NCBI RefSeq assembly: GCF_009914755.1
Contig: NC_060930.1
Reading direction: 5' to 3' (one strand)
Source of the DNA: the human T2T-CHM13v2.0 reference genome, Homo sapiens
Length of the DNA: 64,000 nt
A program made the position numbers and the translations under genes. Shown here piece after piece: positions 13,190-26,775 of this stretch. Every line of letters starts with the position of its first letter. Within the stretch, counting starts at the first letter, position 1. The notes under the pieces were generated by a model, which saw only the letters and a program-made list of their open reading frames with translations, was not told where the DNA came from and made no database searches.

Positions 13190-13770
13190 GATACTATTAC
13201 TCTTTATGCTTTCATAGCCCCTCCACTTATACCTGTTCTGATTCTCAAATCAATATGTTTATCTAGACTTCTCCTCTGAGCCTCATATTCCAACTCTTTT
13301 CTGTTTATCTTCACCTAAAAAGGGATTTGAGTATCTCAAACTCAACATGGTTACAACTGTACTGGTCATAAATTACCCACAAACCTTCCCTAGTTTTATT
13401 ATCTATTGCAATTAATGTTTAAATGGTCGTCTACGTTAAAAACTGTGGAGGCATCCTTCATTTCTCTTTTTCTTTCACACTCCTCATTCAATCAATCGCC
13501 AGGTTCGGCTTATTTTACCTGATCATTATTTATCTGTTCAGTCTTTTCCTCTCAGTCCCCATTATCATCCCCTCTAGATCAAACCCTCACTACCTGAAGA
13601 GAAGAAGTTATTGACTGCTTAAACTGCTTTTCAGTGTCATCCCCACCCCTGTATTCCAGTGAATTTTCAGAATGAGCTCTCTGAAAAACAATCTGACTTT
13701 GTAATTTCCATATTTAAATTCCTTCATCTGATTTTCAGCTTCTCAGGGAAACCACCTAATATCCCTACCA
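13190..13770 (+). mobile_element. L2 fragment
   Basis: Pyrimidine-rich L2-like text (CTCAAACTCAACATGG, GGCATCCTTCATTTCTCTTTTTCTTTCACACTCCTCATTCAATCAATC). Confidence 0.6.
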
Positions 13771-14644
13771 GACAGTCATCTTTCATCTACTGAATAATTC
13801 AGTTGACTGAAGCAATGATCTTTAAAATCTTATGTTGCACAATTCTATTCGCAAATATTTTAAATACACCTTCATAAGTATATAATTGCTTCATAGCATA
13901 TAATTGCTATGTTATGCATATCTTAAAATATTTTCCAAAACAAATAAATAAGAACATAAATAAACATGCCAATATTTTTTTTTCTGACAGTGGCCTCATA
14001 GATCACATTGTATACTCCTGAGGAGTTTGCAGACCCAATTTGGTGATCACTATACTAAATATTGTTGTCAGCAAATTGAAGGTCATAGCTTTGATAGTTC
14101 TTACGGCCATTTAATATCTTTTTATATATACAGACTATGTCCTTCCTCTCAGTCAGGCATGTTAAAAATGTGCAATTGGATCAGAGTACCTTGAGATTTG
14201 AAAGGACTTCAATTGTCCTACTGTATTACTTTCAAGAAGTAGTATAGAAAAAATATGGAAAGATCAGTATAAATTTATCCCTACAGCCACCAAACCAGAC
14301 AATGCATAGAGTCTCAGAAATGCATGCATCATCTTAAAACATGATTCATTACCCTATGGCCCAAAACGGACTTTGAGCCTTTATGTCTTCCTTCAAAAAC
14401 CCTCCCTTTGAGCTAGCTTTTTAAGTTACTATTTTCAAGCACATCATAAGCTTATTCCTGGCTTCAAACTTTTCCTTGAACCAGTTCCCCTACCTGTATG
14501 TCTCTCATGTCCCTTTTCTGACTAGATGAGCATTTATATGTGATTATGATTCTCATTCCTCCCTAATGACTTTTGGATAACTCTTTCACTCAGTCCTCTC
14601 TTCTGATTTCAGTATTGTATGTCCAGTCTCTGACAGTCTCTCTT

Positions 14645-14945
14645 TGTCTTAGCCAGCTTGGGCTGCCATACAAAATACCCTAGACTAGGTGGATTAAACA
14701 ACAGAAATTAACTTTCTCACAGGTCTGGAGTCAGAAAGACCAAGATCAAGATGTCAGCATGTTTGACTTCTGGTGAGGGCTCTGTTCTTGGCTTACAGAT
14801 AGCTGCTTTCTTGCTGGTTCCTCACATGGCAGAGAGAGACAGACTGAGCAAGCCCTCTGGTGTCTCTTCTATATATGCAATTATTTCTTAAGGACCTCAA
14901 CCTAAATACCGGTACATTTGGGGTTAGGGCTACAACACATACCAC
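14645..14945 (-). mobile_element. MLT1A-type LTR
   Basis: TGTCTTAGCCAGCTTGGGCTGCCATACAAAATACC...AACAACAGAAATT...CAAGATCAAGATGTCAGC is the reverse complement of an MLT1 LTR 3' end. Confidence 0.85.
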
Positions 14946-16109
14946 TGTATCCCTGGCCTTCCAAAATCCATGTCCTTATCACATACAAAATGCATTCATT
15001 CCATCCATTAGCTCTAATAATATTAACTTGTCCCAGCATGAACTCTAAAGTCTAAAGTGCAAAGTCTCATCAAAACATCATCTAAACCAGAAACAGATGA
15101 GACTCAAGGAATGTTTCATCCTAAGGCAAAATTCCTCTCATGTGAACTTGTGAAACCAGACAACTTATGTCTGGCTTCCAAAATACAATGGTGGGGCAGA
15201 CATAAGATAGACATTTTCATTCCAAAAAAAATAAATTGAAATAAAGAAAGTTTGATGTGTCCCAAGCAAATCCAAAATTTAGCAAAGCAATTGCCATTAT
15301 AGATCTTAAGGCTCAAGAATCATCCTCTTTGACTCAATGCCTTGCCATCTAGCTCCATAAGAGTGGCAGAATCATCCCAGGTTGAGGCCATCTGGCTGCT
15401 GAAACTTAGCCAGTGGCCGGGATATATGAATCTCTTTCAGGGTCATTTTTTTCTCTTCTTTAAGAAGAGGATACATTTGCAGCCAAATACCTCTATCGCC
15501 TTGTCCTGTCAAATTCAAGAAGTCTGATAGTGTTTTTTCCTTTTGTCCCATCTTCATCCTCTTCAGTTTGAACTGGCAGTGTTTCTACCTTCATAATCCT
15601 ATTAAATCTCTATCAATTAATAGTCTAGCCACACCCATGACGTTCTCTTTAGAACACTGTTTTCTAATTTATTGAATATGGATAGGCTACGGATTATCCA
15701 TATCTTCAAGTTCTAGTTTCTTTTTTCTTTTTAACAAATCCTTCAATTTGACTTTCTCCTTTTACATTTTAATACAGTCAGGAGGATCCAAGCTGCTTCT
15801 TCAATAATATTGCTTAGAAATTTCCTCAGCTAAATATCCAGCTTTATTACTCACAAGTTCAACTTTCCACAAAACACTAGAGCACAGTTCAGCCAAGTTA
15901 TTTGCCACTGTAAAAGAATCTCCTTTTCTCCAATTTTCAGTAATATATTCTTCATTTTCATCTGAGACTCACCAAAATCACTCTTAACATCCATATTTCT
16001 ATGTACCTCAAAACTTTTTCATCCTCTAGCCATCACCTAGTTCTAAAGTCCCTTCCTTATGTTTAGGCAATTGTTATAGCAGCACCCCACTTCTTGGTAC
16101 CAAAAGAAC
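14946..16109 (-). mobile_element. MLT1/MaLR internal region (deleted)
   Basis: Ends in AGCAGCACCCCACTTCTTGGTACCAA (reverse complement of the MaLR PBS region); resembles the THE1 internal start at 30522. Confidence 0.8.
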
Positions 16110-16625
16110 TGCATTAGTGTTCTCCAGAGAAACAGAACCAAAGAGAGATTCAGAAAATCTTTATCTATTCAATCTATATTTATATCTACATTCAATCTAT
16201 ATTTATATCTTTATAGATATCAACCTATCTATAAAGAAAGAGATTTACTGATTTATTACAAGAAACTGGCTCACATGATTTTGGAGGCTGAGACATCTCA
16301 TGATCTGCAGTTGGCAAACTGGAGATCCAGGAAAGCCAATATGTTGTCCCAATCATAGTCCAAAAGCTAGGAAGACCAGTGTTCCTACTCAAGCAGTCAG
16401 GCAAAAGTTCCTCGTTATTCAAACTTTTGGTTCTACTTGTGTTTCTAATTGACTAGATTAAGCCAACTCACATTAGAAAGAACAATCCCCTTTATACTCA
16501 CTCTACCTAATCAAATATTACTATCATCCAGAAACACCCTCAGAGACACACTCAAAATAATCTCTGACCAAATGTCTGGACATTCTGTGACCCAGTTAAT
16601 TTAACACATAAAATTAATCATCACA
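16110..16625 (-). mobile_element. MLT2 (MLT2C/D-like) ERVL LTR
   Basis: TTCTCCAGAGAAACAGAACCAA...GGCTCACATGATTTTGGAGGCTGAGA...CCAGAAACACCCTCAGAGACACAC...ACATAAAATTAATCATCACA. Confidence 0.88.
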
Positions 16626-17019
16626 TACCTGATGCTCCAAGTAGTCAGGACAAAACTGAACTCAACTGCATAGATGGGAAGGTTATAGTTTCGACTGAAG
16701 GCTGATGAGAAAATCTAGAGCATGAATATGATGAGTCCTTCCCAGTTCACTCGAATACAATTTCTTTCCCTCAGCATTTTAATATTGACCAGCTGTTTCA
16801 ATTCTAATCTCTCTTATAGATTGTCATTCTCAGCCTCATTATTCAAAAGTTCATCTTTGGCTTTTCCCTCACTGTTCCTGTGGCAGGCCAAGAAACTAGC
16901 TTTTGGCTTGGTCCATGTCATCCCTTCCTTAGCAAAATGTCTGCCTGTTAAGCACTGGCTGCTGGTGAGTATGCTGTGGTACTGGCTTATGTAAGCACTC
17001 TCTAGATGGCCTCATCTGC

Positions 17020-17377
17020 TGCTATACTATGAATGTTTGTGCCCTCTCAAAATTTATATGTTGAAGTTGTAACCTCCAAGGTGATGGTATTGAGAGGTGG
17101 GGTTCAGAAGGTGATTAGATCATGAGGGCTTCAAACTCATGAATGGAATTTATGCCCTACAAAAGGGGCCTGAGGGAGACTGTTGGCCTCCTCCTCCATG
17201 CGAGGACACAGCAAGAAGGCATTGTTCTGTGAACCAGGAAGTGGGAACTTGCTGGATCTGTTGGTGCTTTGATCTTGTACTTCACAGACTCCACAACTGT
17301 GAGAAATATATTTCTGTTTCTTTATGAGCTACTCAGTTTATGCTATTTTATTACAGCATCCCTAAAAGAATATGACA
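17020..17377 (+). mobile_element. MLT1A0-like solo LTR
   Basis: TGCTATACTATGAATGTTTGTGCCC...GAGGACACAGCAAGAAGG...ACTGTGAGAAATA...GACA. Confidence 0.85.
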
Positions 17378-18351
17378 CCTACCACCTGCAAGAAGGGTTG
17401 AACAGCATTGCATTGACAAAAGATAGAAATATTTTATTGATTTGTTACTTTTACTCCCAGCATTATAGACAGTATCATATACTTATGCATTTCCCAATCA
17501 ATTATATTAAACTGGTGATTTTACTTCTCAAGTATTTTTTTCATGACACACATTATTTGCCACCTTGTTTATTCACAAATTGAATTCAGTCTTCTAATAT
17601 CTGGGAAGCCCCGTCTAAAATAGCACCTCAGTTTTGTCACTATTTCCAATATCTCATCAGTTTTGAGTGATGAGAAATTCTGTTTTATCAATGCATTGAG
17701 AATTAATCAGTCTCTCTGGGATAGATTCAAGCTAACCAATCTCAAGGGGCTAATGCATAAAATTGAAATTAAAATGTATTCATTTATATAAAAAGACTCT
17801 TCCAAGTAGAATGAATATCTACATTTAATGGTTAGTTTATTCTTTCCCTGTGGAACAGCCACATGGATAGTCAAATTAAAATCTGAAGGTTGTTTGATAA
17901 GTATCGTATCAGAACACCAGGAAACAGGCAATCTAGCTGTGTCCTTGGTAAAAATAATTAGAGGTTTTCTCTTCTACTCTGTTTATATATGCCCCTTGGA
18001 TAGCAAATATTCATCTTTTTGAGGGAGAGTATTCTTTTTCATGAATAATAATATGGCAGAATGACCAATTTAGCCCCAATTTAGCCTCCCAGAAATGTGT
18101 TATATTTTAAATAGTGTTCACCTTCTTTTGCTCACACATTTTATATAGTTAATACAATAAGCTAGACTACAATGTTTTTTAGTTAATTGAATTAGACCTG
18201 TACTTATAACAACTCATTTAATCTAAAATTGAAATATTACTAGAAGGAGGGACAAGGTATTTTAAAGAACAATGGTTAAAACCACAGTAAAACAAAAATC
18301 TCATAATTGTTCATGGTTTGCAGATGGAATTATATATAATTTAATTTTTAA

Positions 18352-19468
18352 AATAATTTTATTTTTAATTTTTATGGGTACATAGTAGGTGTATATATTT
18401 ATTGGGTACAGAAGATACTTTGATACAGGTATAAAATATGTAATAATCACATCAAGGTAAATGGGCTATTCATCACCTCATTTAGACGGGGCTTCCCAGA
18501 TAAATAATTCCCAGATAAATAAATTCATCACTTTTTTTATGTTTCCAATGCTGTGTGAAAGCTTTTTCACTTGATATGATTCCATTTGTCCATTTTTGCT
18601 TTGGTTGCCTGTGCTTGTGGAGAATTACTCAAGAAATCTTTGCCCAAACTAATGTCCTGGAGAGTTTATCAATGTGTTCTTTTAGTAGTTTCACAGTATG
18701 AGGTTTTAGATATAAGTCTTTAATCAATTTGAATTTGATTTTTGTATATAGTGAGAGATAGGGGTCTAGTTTCTTTCTTCTGTGTCTGGATATCCAGTTT
18801 TTCCAGCACTATTTATTGAAGAGACTATCCTTTTCCTAATATATGTTATTGGCACCTTTGTTGAAAATGAGTTCACTATAGATGTATGGATTTGGATTTG
18901 TTTTTGGATTTTCTATTCTGTTCCATTGGTCTCTGTGTCTATTTTTATGCCAGTACCATGATGTTCTGTAGTATAACTGGAAGTCAGGTAATGTGATTAC
19001 TCCAGTATTGTTCCTTTTGCTCAGGATGGCTTTGGATATTCTGGGTCTTTTGTAGTTCCACTTAAATTTTAGGATTTTTTTCTATGTCTGTGAAAAATGT
19101 CATTGATATTTGGAAGGGATTGCATTGAATCTGTAGATTACTTTGGGTAATGTAGACATTTTACCAATGTTGATTCTTCCAATCCACAAACATAGAATAG
19201 TTTTCCATTTTTTCGTGTCTGCTTCAATTTCTGGTATCAACTTTATAGTTTTCATCGTAGATAACTTTCCCTCCTTTGATTTAGTTTATCGCTAGGTATG
19301 TGTTTTTTTTACTTTGTAAATGGAATTACTTTCTTAATTCCTTTTTGGGTTGTTTGCTGCTGGAACATAAAAATGCTACTGATTTTTGTATGCTGATTTT
19401 GTATCCTGCATTTTTATTGAATTTGTTTACCAGTCCAAATACTTTTTTGGTGGAGTCTTTAGATTTTT
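18352..19468 (-). mobile_element. L1MA (MA2-4-like) 3' end with internal deletion
   Basis: TTTTTATGGGTACATAGTAGGTGTATATATTTAT 3' terminus; ORF2 reverse complement from 18535 to 19468. Confidence 0.88.
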
Positions 19469-20137
19469 CAGCAGTAACATTTTTGTGTGTATATTTCTAT
19501 CCCAAATCAATTTATTACTACGACGTTATGCTTTTTGGTATTTCTTTTTTAAAAGAGCAGTTAATGGATGTTGTAGAAAAGCAAAGCTCAATTTCACCTT
19601 CCATTTTTAAAATAAAGGCATAAAATCATTGTCCTGTGATTGATTGTTCACACCTTTTAGTTTCAACTTTTAGTTTTCTTAAAATTTTTGATACAAGATA
19701 TTTAATTGCAACATAGTTGAAACATTTACCATGGCACCAAGAAGTTTATTTGTTTATTTTTTCATTTGTTTATTTACATTAAGTAAGTTCATAAAATGAA
19801 GTTTCAGTGAGCTGAAGGAAATGAATAGGTATATTGGGATAGGAAAGAGAATGTCCCATATCCTTTTTATGGGCCTAAAATGTATATTCTTTGCACATTT
19901 TTCACTTTAAAAATAGGTATTTTGTTTATTTGTTTGAAGCAAATTTTTACTGCTATGCTTAACTTATATGTGCACCATTACCTTAGAAGAGTATAAATTA
20001 TAACCAACAATGAAAACAAATTTATAGCACCTATGCCCAGCCTACGGCAGGAGGTAATAACTATGGGACTCTTTATATAGACCCCAAACCCTGGCCACAC
20101 AGCAGTAGAATGGTGGCAATTTGGACTAAAAATTTTT

Positions 20138-20461
<324 letters not shown>

Positions 20462-22212
20462 TCAAGCTAAACCTCTATGTGACAGCCATGATTGTAAACA
20501 TTAAAATAGTTGGTAATCAGATAATTATATGACTTATCTTTGATTTGTAGCCCTAGACTTGCCATATTTGTAAGATGAACAAAAAATAGGTAAACAAGGG
20601 AAATACAATATTTATTTGGCCTAATTTAGTTTATGAGAGAAGGAAAAGAACTCACTTTTCCTTAATAGCAAGATGCTGGGCTCAATCTTCGTTATTCTTT
20701 GTCTTCAAAGCAATAGCCACATAAAGACCTAATAGAGTGATAAGAACAAGGGATAAAAAAGATACGAGTAATGGAAAGGATTCTTAACACTTCTAATTTC
20801 ATTTCACTGTCTCCCTCTTTTTCTTTCTGCACTAGCCATCTGAGTACGTGAGTTGCTACATTTAATCATCACAGATTGGGGCAAATGGTAGTTGTGCTGT
20901 CATTTTTTAAACCTTGAAGGCGAGTCATTTAAAAATGAAAGGATAATTTGAATACTTGGAATTTAGGCAGCTTGGAGATGGATGAAACTAAGCAAACAGG
21001 CAAGGTGAAGCATGTAGTTTAACTCATTGACTGAGATTATTTGACTTTCTATTTTGGAAGTGTTATTAGATAAGCCCTATATCCATTCAGAAAGATAATG
21101 CTGACTTGGACTCAACTAAAACAACTGACAAGGAAACTAAACACTTATCAAACATGGCTTTAGTTAGCATATCCTCTTTACCAGAGTGCATTTAGTTCCC
21201 GACATTACTGGAAGACATTGATTTTTAAAAATAAACAATTAGAATTCATTTTACCCTACTGCCCCCAGTCAGCAAAATTCATCAAGCTATCATCTAGTGC
21301 AATCCATTCCAAACTAAATTATTAAAAAAGAAAAGAAAAAAAGATCCCTAAACACACACTTTCAGAATATATTAGGAAACTATATTCCTCCATGATTTTT
21401 CATATACTGCATTTCCTTCGTTATTATAAATGCAACCAGCAGTTCAGTTTTCATTGGTTAGTTTGTGGTTTATGGGCACTAATGTCCCTTAATGGCATGT
21501 AACAATTTAGAGGCTGGAAGGCCTAATTCAAAGGCCTCCTTCATGTTTCTGCTGAAGCAACAGTAAAATACTAAGTAGCTAAAAACTGAGTCACCATAGA
21601 AATATACATTTATCAAAGAGGAGGAAACAAGAGAGAGAATGGAGAAATAAGATCCTGAGGGCCGTGGTACTGAGCCCACAGGCTTTTAACCAGAGAGAAA
21701 TGATGTTCTTTAAGAGCTAAATTTGTGAAAAATGACAGAGCCTAGTATTTATACTATTTCTTTTATTTAAGTTAAATAAAAGGATGGCAAAAAGACAGGC
21801 TATCTAGATTTTTTTTTTAATTTTGTTCTGTTTTCGTCCAAATATGACAAATCCCTGCTGTTCTAAGCAGTGTATTACAGATTCTCAAATTTAATTAGCA
21901 AGCACACAGCAGACACCTGGAAAAAAAGATAGAAGAATAATCTTTTGCAGTAGCCAACTATTTCTCAGTTCAGAGCATTTTAAAAAAAAAGACTCCCCAA
22001 CTAATCCACTAGTCCTCATGCCCGTTGTGTATCGACCAAATTGAGCACTGACCCAGCACTATAGCCTCAGACTCCTCAAGCCTTCAAACTTCCAAAGCTA
22101 GGGATCTTGCTTTCAATGCAATCGCCCAAAACCTAAGTAGAAATCAGTCATGATAGTTATATTACTTCAAACTAGTTGTCATGATGATGGCCCCAAACAG
22201 CATTGCTTAAGT

Positions 22213-22360
22213 TAGCAGTTCTCAAAGAGCTTCAGCATCACTTTGGAACTTGTTAGAAATGCAAATGCTTACATCCCACCCCAAACCTACTAAATCGGAA
22301 ACTCTGAGTTTTGACAAACCTCCAGGTGATTCTGATGCAGGCTTAAATGTGGGAACTACT
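22213..22360. mobile_element. MER5A (hAT-Charlie MITE)
   Basis: CAGCATCACTTTGGAACTTGTTAGAAATGCAAAT...CCAGGTGATTCTGATGCA with terminal inverted repeats. Confidence 0.85.
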
Positions 22361-23519
22361 GACGCACATTTAGAGGTTGATAATAAATGGCTATTTAATA
22401 TGAAAGACAATTGACTTTGAAAACAGTTTCAAAAGAAAAGTTTTAAAAATAACAACGAGCAAATTGAGGACGATATTAGAGATTCAGTCCAGAATACAAA
22501 TGGTAAAGAGAGGTCATCAGAGGATAAAGCGAAGAAAGAAATGAGATAGCAATGGAGGTGACTCAAGACTGCTTGGAAAAAAAGGGAAAAAGTGAGATAA
22601 AAATGAGTATTGATTTTCCTTTCTTCCTTGTTAAATCTTGGATGTTTTCAGCCACGTGCGAGCCTTAGGTAGAGAGTCTATTTATGGCCTATGGATACGC
22701 CACAGTTGAAGACCAGAAATGACACTTGAGCTGAGACATATTCAAGAGTTTGCCTGTCTGCCTCTAAGACTTTGTCTGTGTTCTTTGGCAGGGCTCGATA
22801 GTCCTGAAAGTATGTGTTTACTCTTAATATATAGGTCAAGAACTTGAAGAAATTTTCAGAAGAAATAAATGCATATCTTTAATTGAGAGGCAAATGCACC
22901 TCATGGGTTTGCAGGCCAAGCCAAGATGAATTGAGTATTCCTGGTTGCAGGTGAGGTGAATGGGCTTTTAGACACAGGGGCTTCCCAGGAATAGTCATTG
23001 CCTATAAGCAAGCCACAGAGTGTTTAGAAAAGGTGTTAGACAGAATTTTCTCTTAATTGAACATTTAAACATGAATCCAGGGCAAGTGGGTCCCTAATAT
23101 ATATGGTATTTATGGAAGAATTTGAAAAGAAGAATGCATCAACTTGACAAAATTATCTGAAAATCAGTACTTGAAGGAAATTTGCATAAAATATACTTAC
23201 ACAGGTTGCTACTAAATATGAAAGTAAAAACAGAGAGAGACTACCTTGACACATACAGTGTACACTTGTGCATAGGTGCTTTGGTATGTTTGTTGCATAC
23301 TTACTCAACTTCTTTACTTTCTTCTCCACAGATTGTCTACCTTTCAGAATCTTTTTCTACCAGATGATGAAGTTAATCATGTATTTCTTCTTTTAAAGAT
23401 ATTAGGCAAGTTTCCATTCAGCCAAAATGTCTAATCAAATATTTAAACATTCAAAACATAATTGAATAGTAAAATAATACAGCTTCCTATAAAACAAGAC
23501 AAATAAAATACTTATAATA

Positions 23520-23690
23520 TTTACTGTGAATAAAATACTTTCAAAATCCCCCTTATTGGTGGATATAGATATTGCCAGATTTTACAAGTGAGAAAATTAG
23601 AGCTCATGAGGTTAAGCCACTTGCCAAAGACAACAAACAGAAGCCTAAATTGTCAAAGCAGCATTAGAACTCAAAACAGTGAGCATGAAA
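23520..23690 (-). mobile_element. MIR
   Basis: TTTTACAAGTGAGAAAATTAGAGCTCATGAGGTTAAGCCACTTGCCAAAG, MIR core reverse complement. Confidence 0.7.
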
Positions 23691-23820
23691 CAAAGGCATA
23701 CTCTCTTTATACTCATTCAAAAAGAGGGACATCAATGGGTATAATAATCATTAGGCAAAAAGAATTAAATGTTTTGCATAGCTATTTTATTGATTACTTA
23801 TTGTTTTTAATCCTCTAAGT

Positions 23821-24247
23821 CAGTGTTTTCCAGGAGAAATATAATGTGAATTGCATATGTACTTGTAAATTTCTCTACTGGCCACATTAAATACATAAAA
23901 ACAAATAAGTGACATTTTAAAAATGTATTTTAGCTAGTTGCAGTGCTGCACTCCTGTAATCCCAGCTACTGGGAGGGTGAAAAGGGAAGATCACTTGAGG
24001 CCAAGAATTCAAGACCAGCATGGGCAACATAGCCAGACCCCATCTCAAAAAAAAGTATTTTATTTAACATACTATATAGAAAATATTATCATTTCAAAAT
24101 GCAATCAATATAAAAAGTATTCATAGTATATTTTACATTCTTTTTTATACATTGTGTCTTGGAATCAGTGTGCATTTAACACATAACACATCTCAATTTG
24201 AACTAGCCACCTAAGTTAGTGATTACCATATTAGACATTTCAGCTCT
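23821..24247. mobile_element. MER33-like hAT element interrupted by FLAM
   Basis: GGCCACATTAAA...AAATATTATCATTTCAAAATGCAATCAATATAAAAA...CATCTCAATTTGAACTAGCCAC. Confidence 0.75.
23932..24055 (+). mobile_element. FLAM (free left Alu monomer)
   Basis: Single monomer CCTGTAATCCCAGCTACTGGGAGG...GACCCCATCTCAAAAAAAA; TSD-like AAAAATGTATTT / AAAAAGTATTT. Confidence 0.85.
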
Positions 24248-25799
24248 TTGTGTTTTTTGAACACCAGGATCTATACAACATGGAGTTATGTTCTAAGATG
24301 AACTGATAATAAGACCATGGTTTTTGTTCTTATGGCTCCTTTACTATTCTTGGAAATAAAATAACCTGCCATGTTTGTTAAGCACTCTCCCCACCCACCA
24401 AAAAAATAATAATAATAACAAACTACTCTTCAGTGATTTCTTTTCTGAAGGTTTTTCTTTTTCCAGCAAAAGACATGACTCCTCCATAAATAATGATGTT
24501 CTTATTAAGAAAAAATGGGGGAAAAAACAACAAACTAAAACAAGAAAATAAAATAATAATAAAAAAACTTATGTGATATATGTCCAATGCCCAAAAGGTG
24601 AAATGTTGCAGGTTTAAGAAAAACATACAGAAAGATTATGCTAGAATTGATACTCAGTTAATGAACTGTGAAGACTTCCTTAGTAGAGAAAATTGAAGAA
24701 GTGATGGTATTAAAAGACTTCCTAGAGTCCTGACGAGAGAGTTTCTAGCAGTAGTTAATTGCCAAGCTCCAGAGGAGAGTAAAGCAGGCAGCTCAAATGG
24801 CTGCTAGAAAGACGGGCAGTTGGCTTCTTGCCTTTTAGAAAAAATGTGAAGTTGGCCAAAAAAAAAAAAAAAGCTATCTTGAAAAGAAAAATGAGTTTTC
24901 CCTTGGAATTTTGTGGTGTAGAGCATCACTCTCTCAGATATAAAGGTCAGAACTTTCATCTCTGATAATAGGGTCAGGACCGAGACCTGCATCAAGAGAC
25001 TATTGACTCTCTCCATCAACCTGTTAGTGGATTTTGTGGTCTGATATTCCAACCCAAGCCCCATTCCCAGATGGATCTGCACATTTCTGTAAGAAGTTAG
25101 CCTCAAGTCATTAATTAAATCATACAGTGGAGATTTATTGAGTGTCTAATGGGAGTTAGGCACTGCTAGGTCATGAGGGGTCACAACTGAACTTAGATAT
25201 GTAAAAAAGTCTGAGAGAAAGACAATGGTAGCTGTCTCTTCTGACCCTTAAGGGCATAATGGCATCCTCAGAGGTCTCAGGAAGGAAGTGAAGTAGGAGG
25301 AGAGTCTTGAAGCATAAACAGAAGCATAAAATATTGGTGGAGTGGGGCAATCCTGACACAGGAGGAAGCTTCTTGCCTGAATTCCCAACCAGCTTCACTT
25401 ATCAATAGGATAACTATGCCTCATGGATTGCCTAAGAAAATCCAAGTTTGCTTGTATCCTAAAGAAATTATCAACTATATCTTTGATTCTCAAGGTGCTG
25501 TTCTCTAGGTTCCTTTGAATAGTAAACTTTATAGTCACTCTACTTATCAAATATCAGAGGCCTTGTTGAATGATAAACTCATTTTTGTAAAACTGTAAAT
25601 GAGGACATAATCATCAACTGCTTCCTAATAAATGTCACCTGATCAAATGCACATACAAAGGAGATTTTTAGATGTTCATATACATGGCAGATGAAGTAAC
25701 CTGGAAGTGGCTATGTGTGCATGTGTGTGCACTTACATGTCATGTGTACATGTGTACATATATTATGTCATGTGGCATTAAGTATAATTTTTAAAAAGA

Positions 25800-26290
25800 A
25801 TAAAAAATAGAATAGAGAGTGGCAGTTGGCAAATAAGTGCTATTTTATAGATGGAGGTCAGAAAGTCTTTCTTAAAGAGAAAAATTTAACAACAAAAACA
25901 AAAACCCCAGAAGATAAGTAATCAAGCCCGAAGGATCTATAGTGGGGAAGCACCCCAGACAGGGAAAACAGCAAGTACAAAGACTCCAAGATGAGAGAAA
26001 TCTTGGCATGTATGATGAATAGCAAGGTGGCCAGAGTGGCTGGAGATGAGAAAATGAGTGGAAGAATGATCACTGTTGAAGCCAGAGGGATAGTAAGCAA
26101 CCAAGTCATAGTGGGCTTTATATGTCATGGAGAGTAAATTTGGGTTTAGTTTTGAAAACTCTAGGAATGCACAGGAAGAATTTTGAGCAGTAGACTGATA
26201 GGACGTGGCTTAGATTTTAGAGGAATTATTCTAGCTGCTATATGGAAAATGGACTGAAAGTGGAAGGGGGATGGGAATAGTTAGAAGGCC
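25800..26290 (-). mobile_element. L2a fragment
   Basis: CAGCAAGTACAAAGACTCCAAG...GCAAGGTGGCCAGAGTGGCTGGAG...TTTTGAGCAG...ATTCTAGCTGCTATATGGAAAATGGACTG. Confidence 0.75.
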
Positions 26291-26775
26291 TGAGTATTTT
26301 CTTTACTGTTTATTCACTTGTTACTGCAGCATAGAAGCATATTTCATTATTTTCTTTGATGACTTTACTTGATTTCAATATTCTCTTCATTTAAAAGAGT
26401 GTTTTCTCATTTTAGCACAATTTATTTCATCTCTCCAGGAACACAAATTGACAATAGGACTTTCCCTTTTCATATTCTAGGGTCATTGAGACTGAACATA
26501 AGCCCTACCTTCTCCTCATGCTAAAGACTTAAAAGGCATTAGATTGTTAATTTCAAAAAGTAAAATGGATCATTGTCTCTTACAAAGTCCCTTCATTCTT
26601 CTCTGAAATTATCCTCTCTTCTTCAAACATTTTCCCTTGAGATTCCAGTACCCCTCACTTTCTACATATTTCTGCATCCAGACAACACATGTGTACTTAT
26701 TCTCCATAGACTACCCACATTCTGGATCTATCCCTTTCTTCACTTTCCCAACACAGTGTTATCTCCTTTGTGGCC

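Noticed and set aside
13810-14055. Possible hAT-type MITE
   Set aside because: Ends are only vaguely TIR-like and no family could be assigned with confidence.
22030-22085. Faint 7SL/FAM-like similarity on the minus strand (GCTTGAGGAGTCTGAGGCTATAGTG)
   Set aside because: About 25 bp of gapped similarity only; too short to call.
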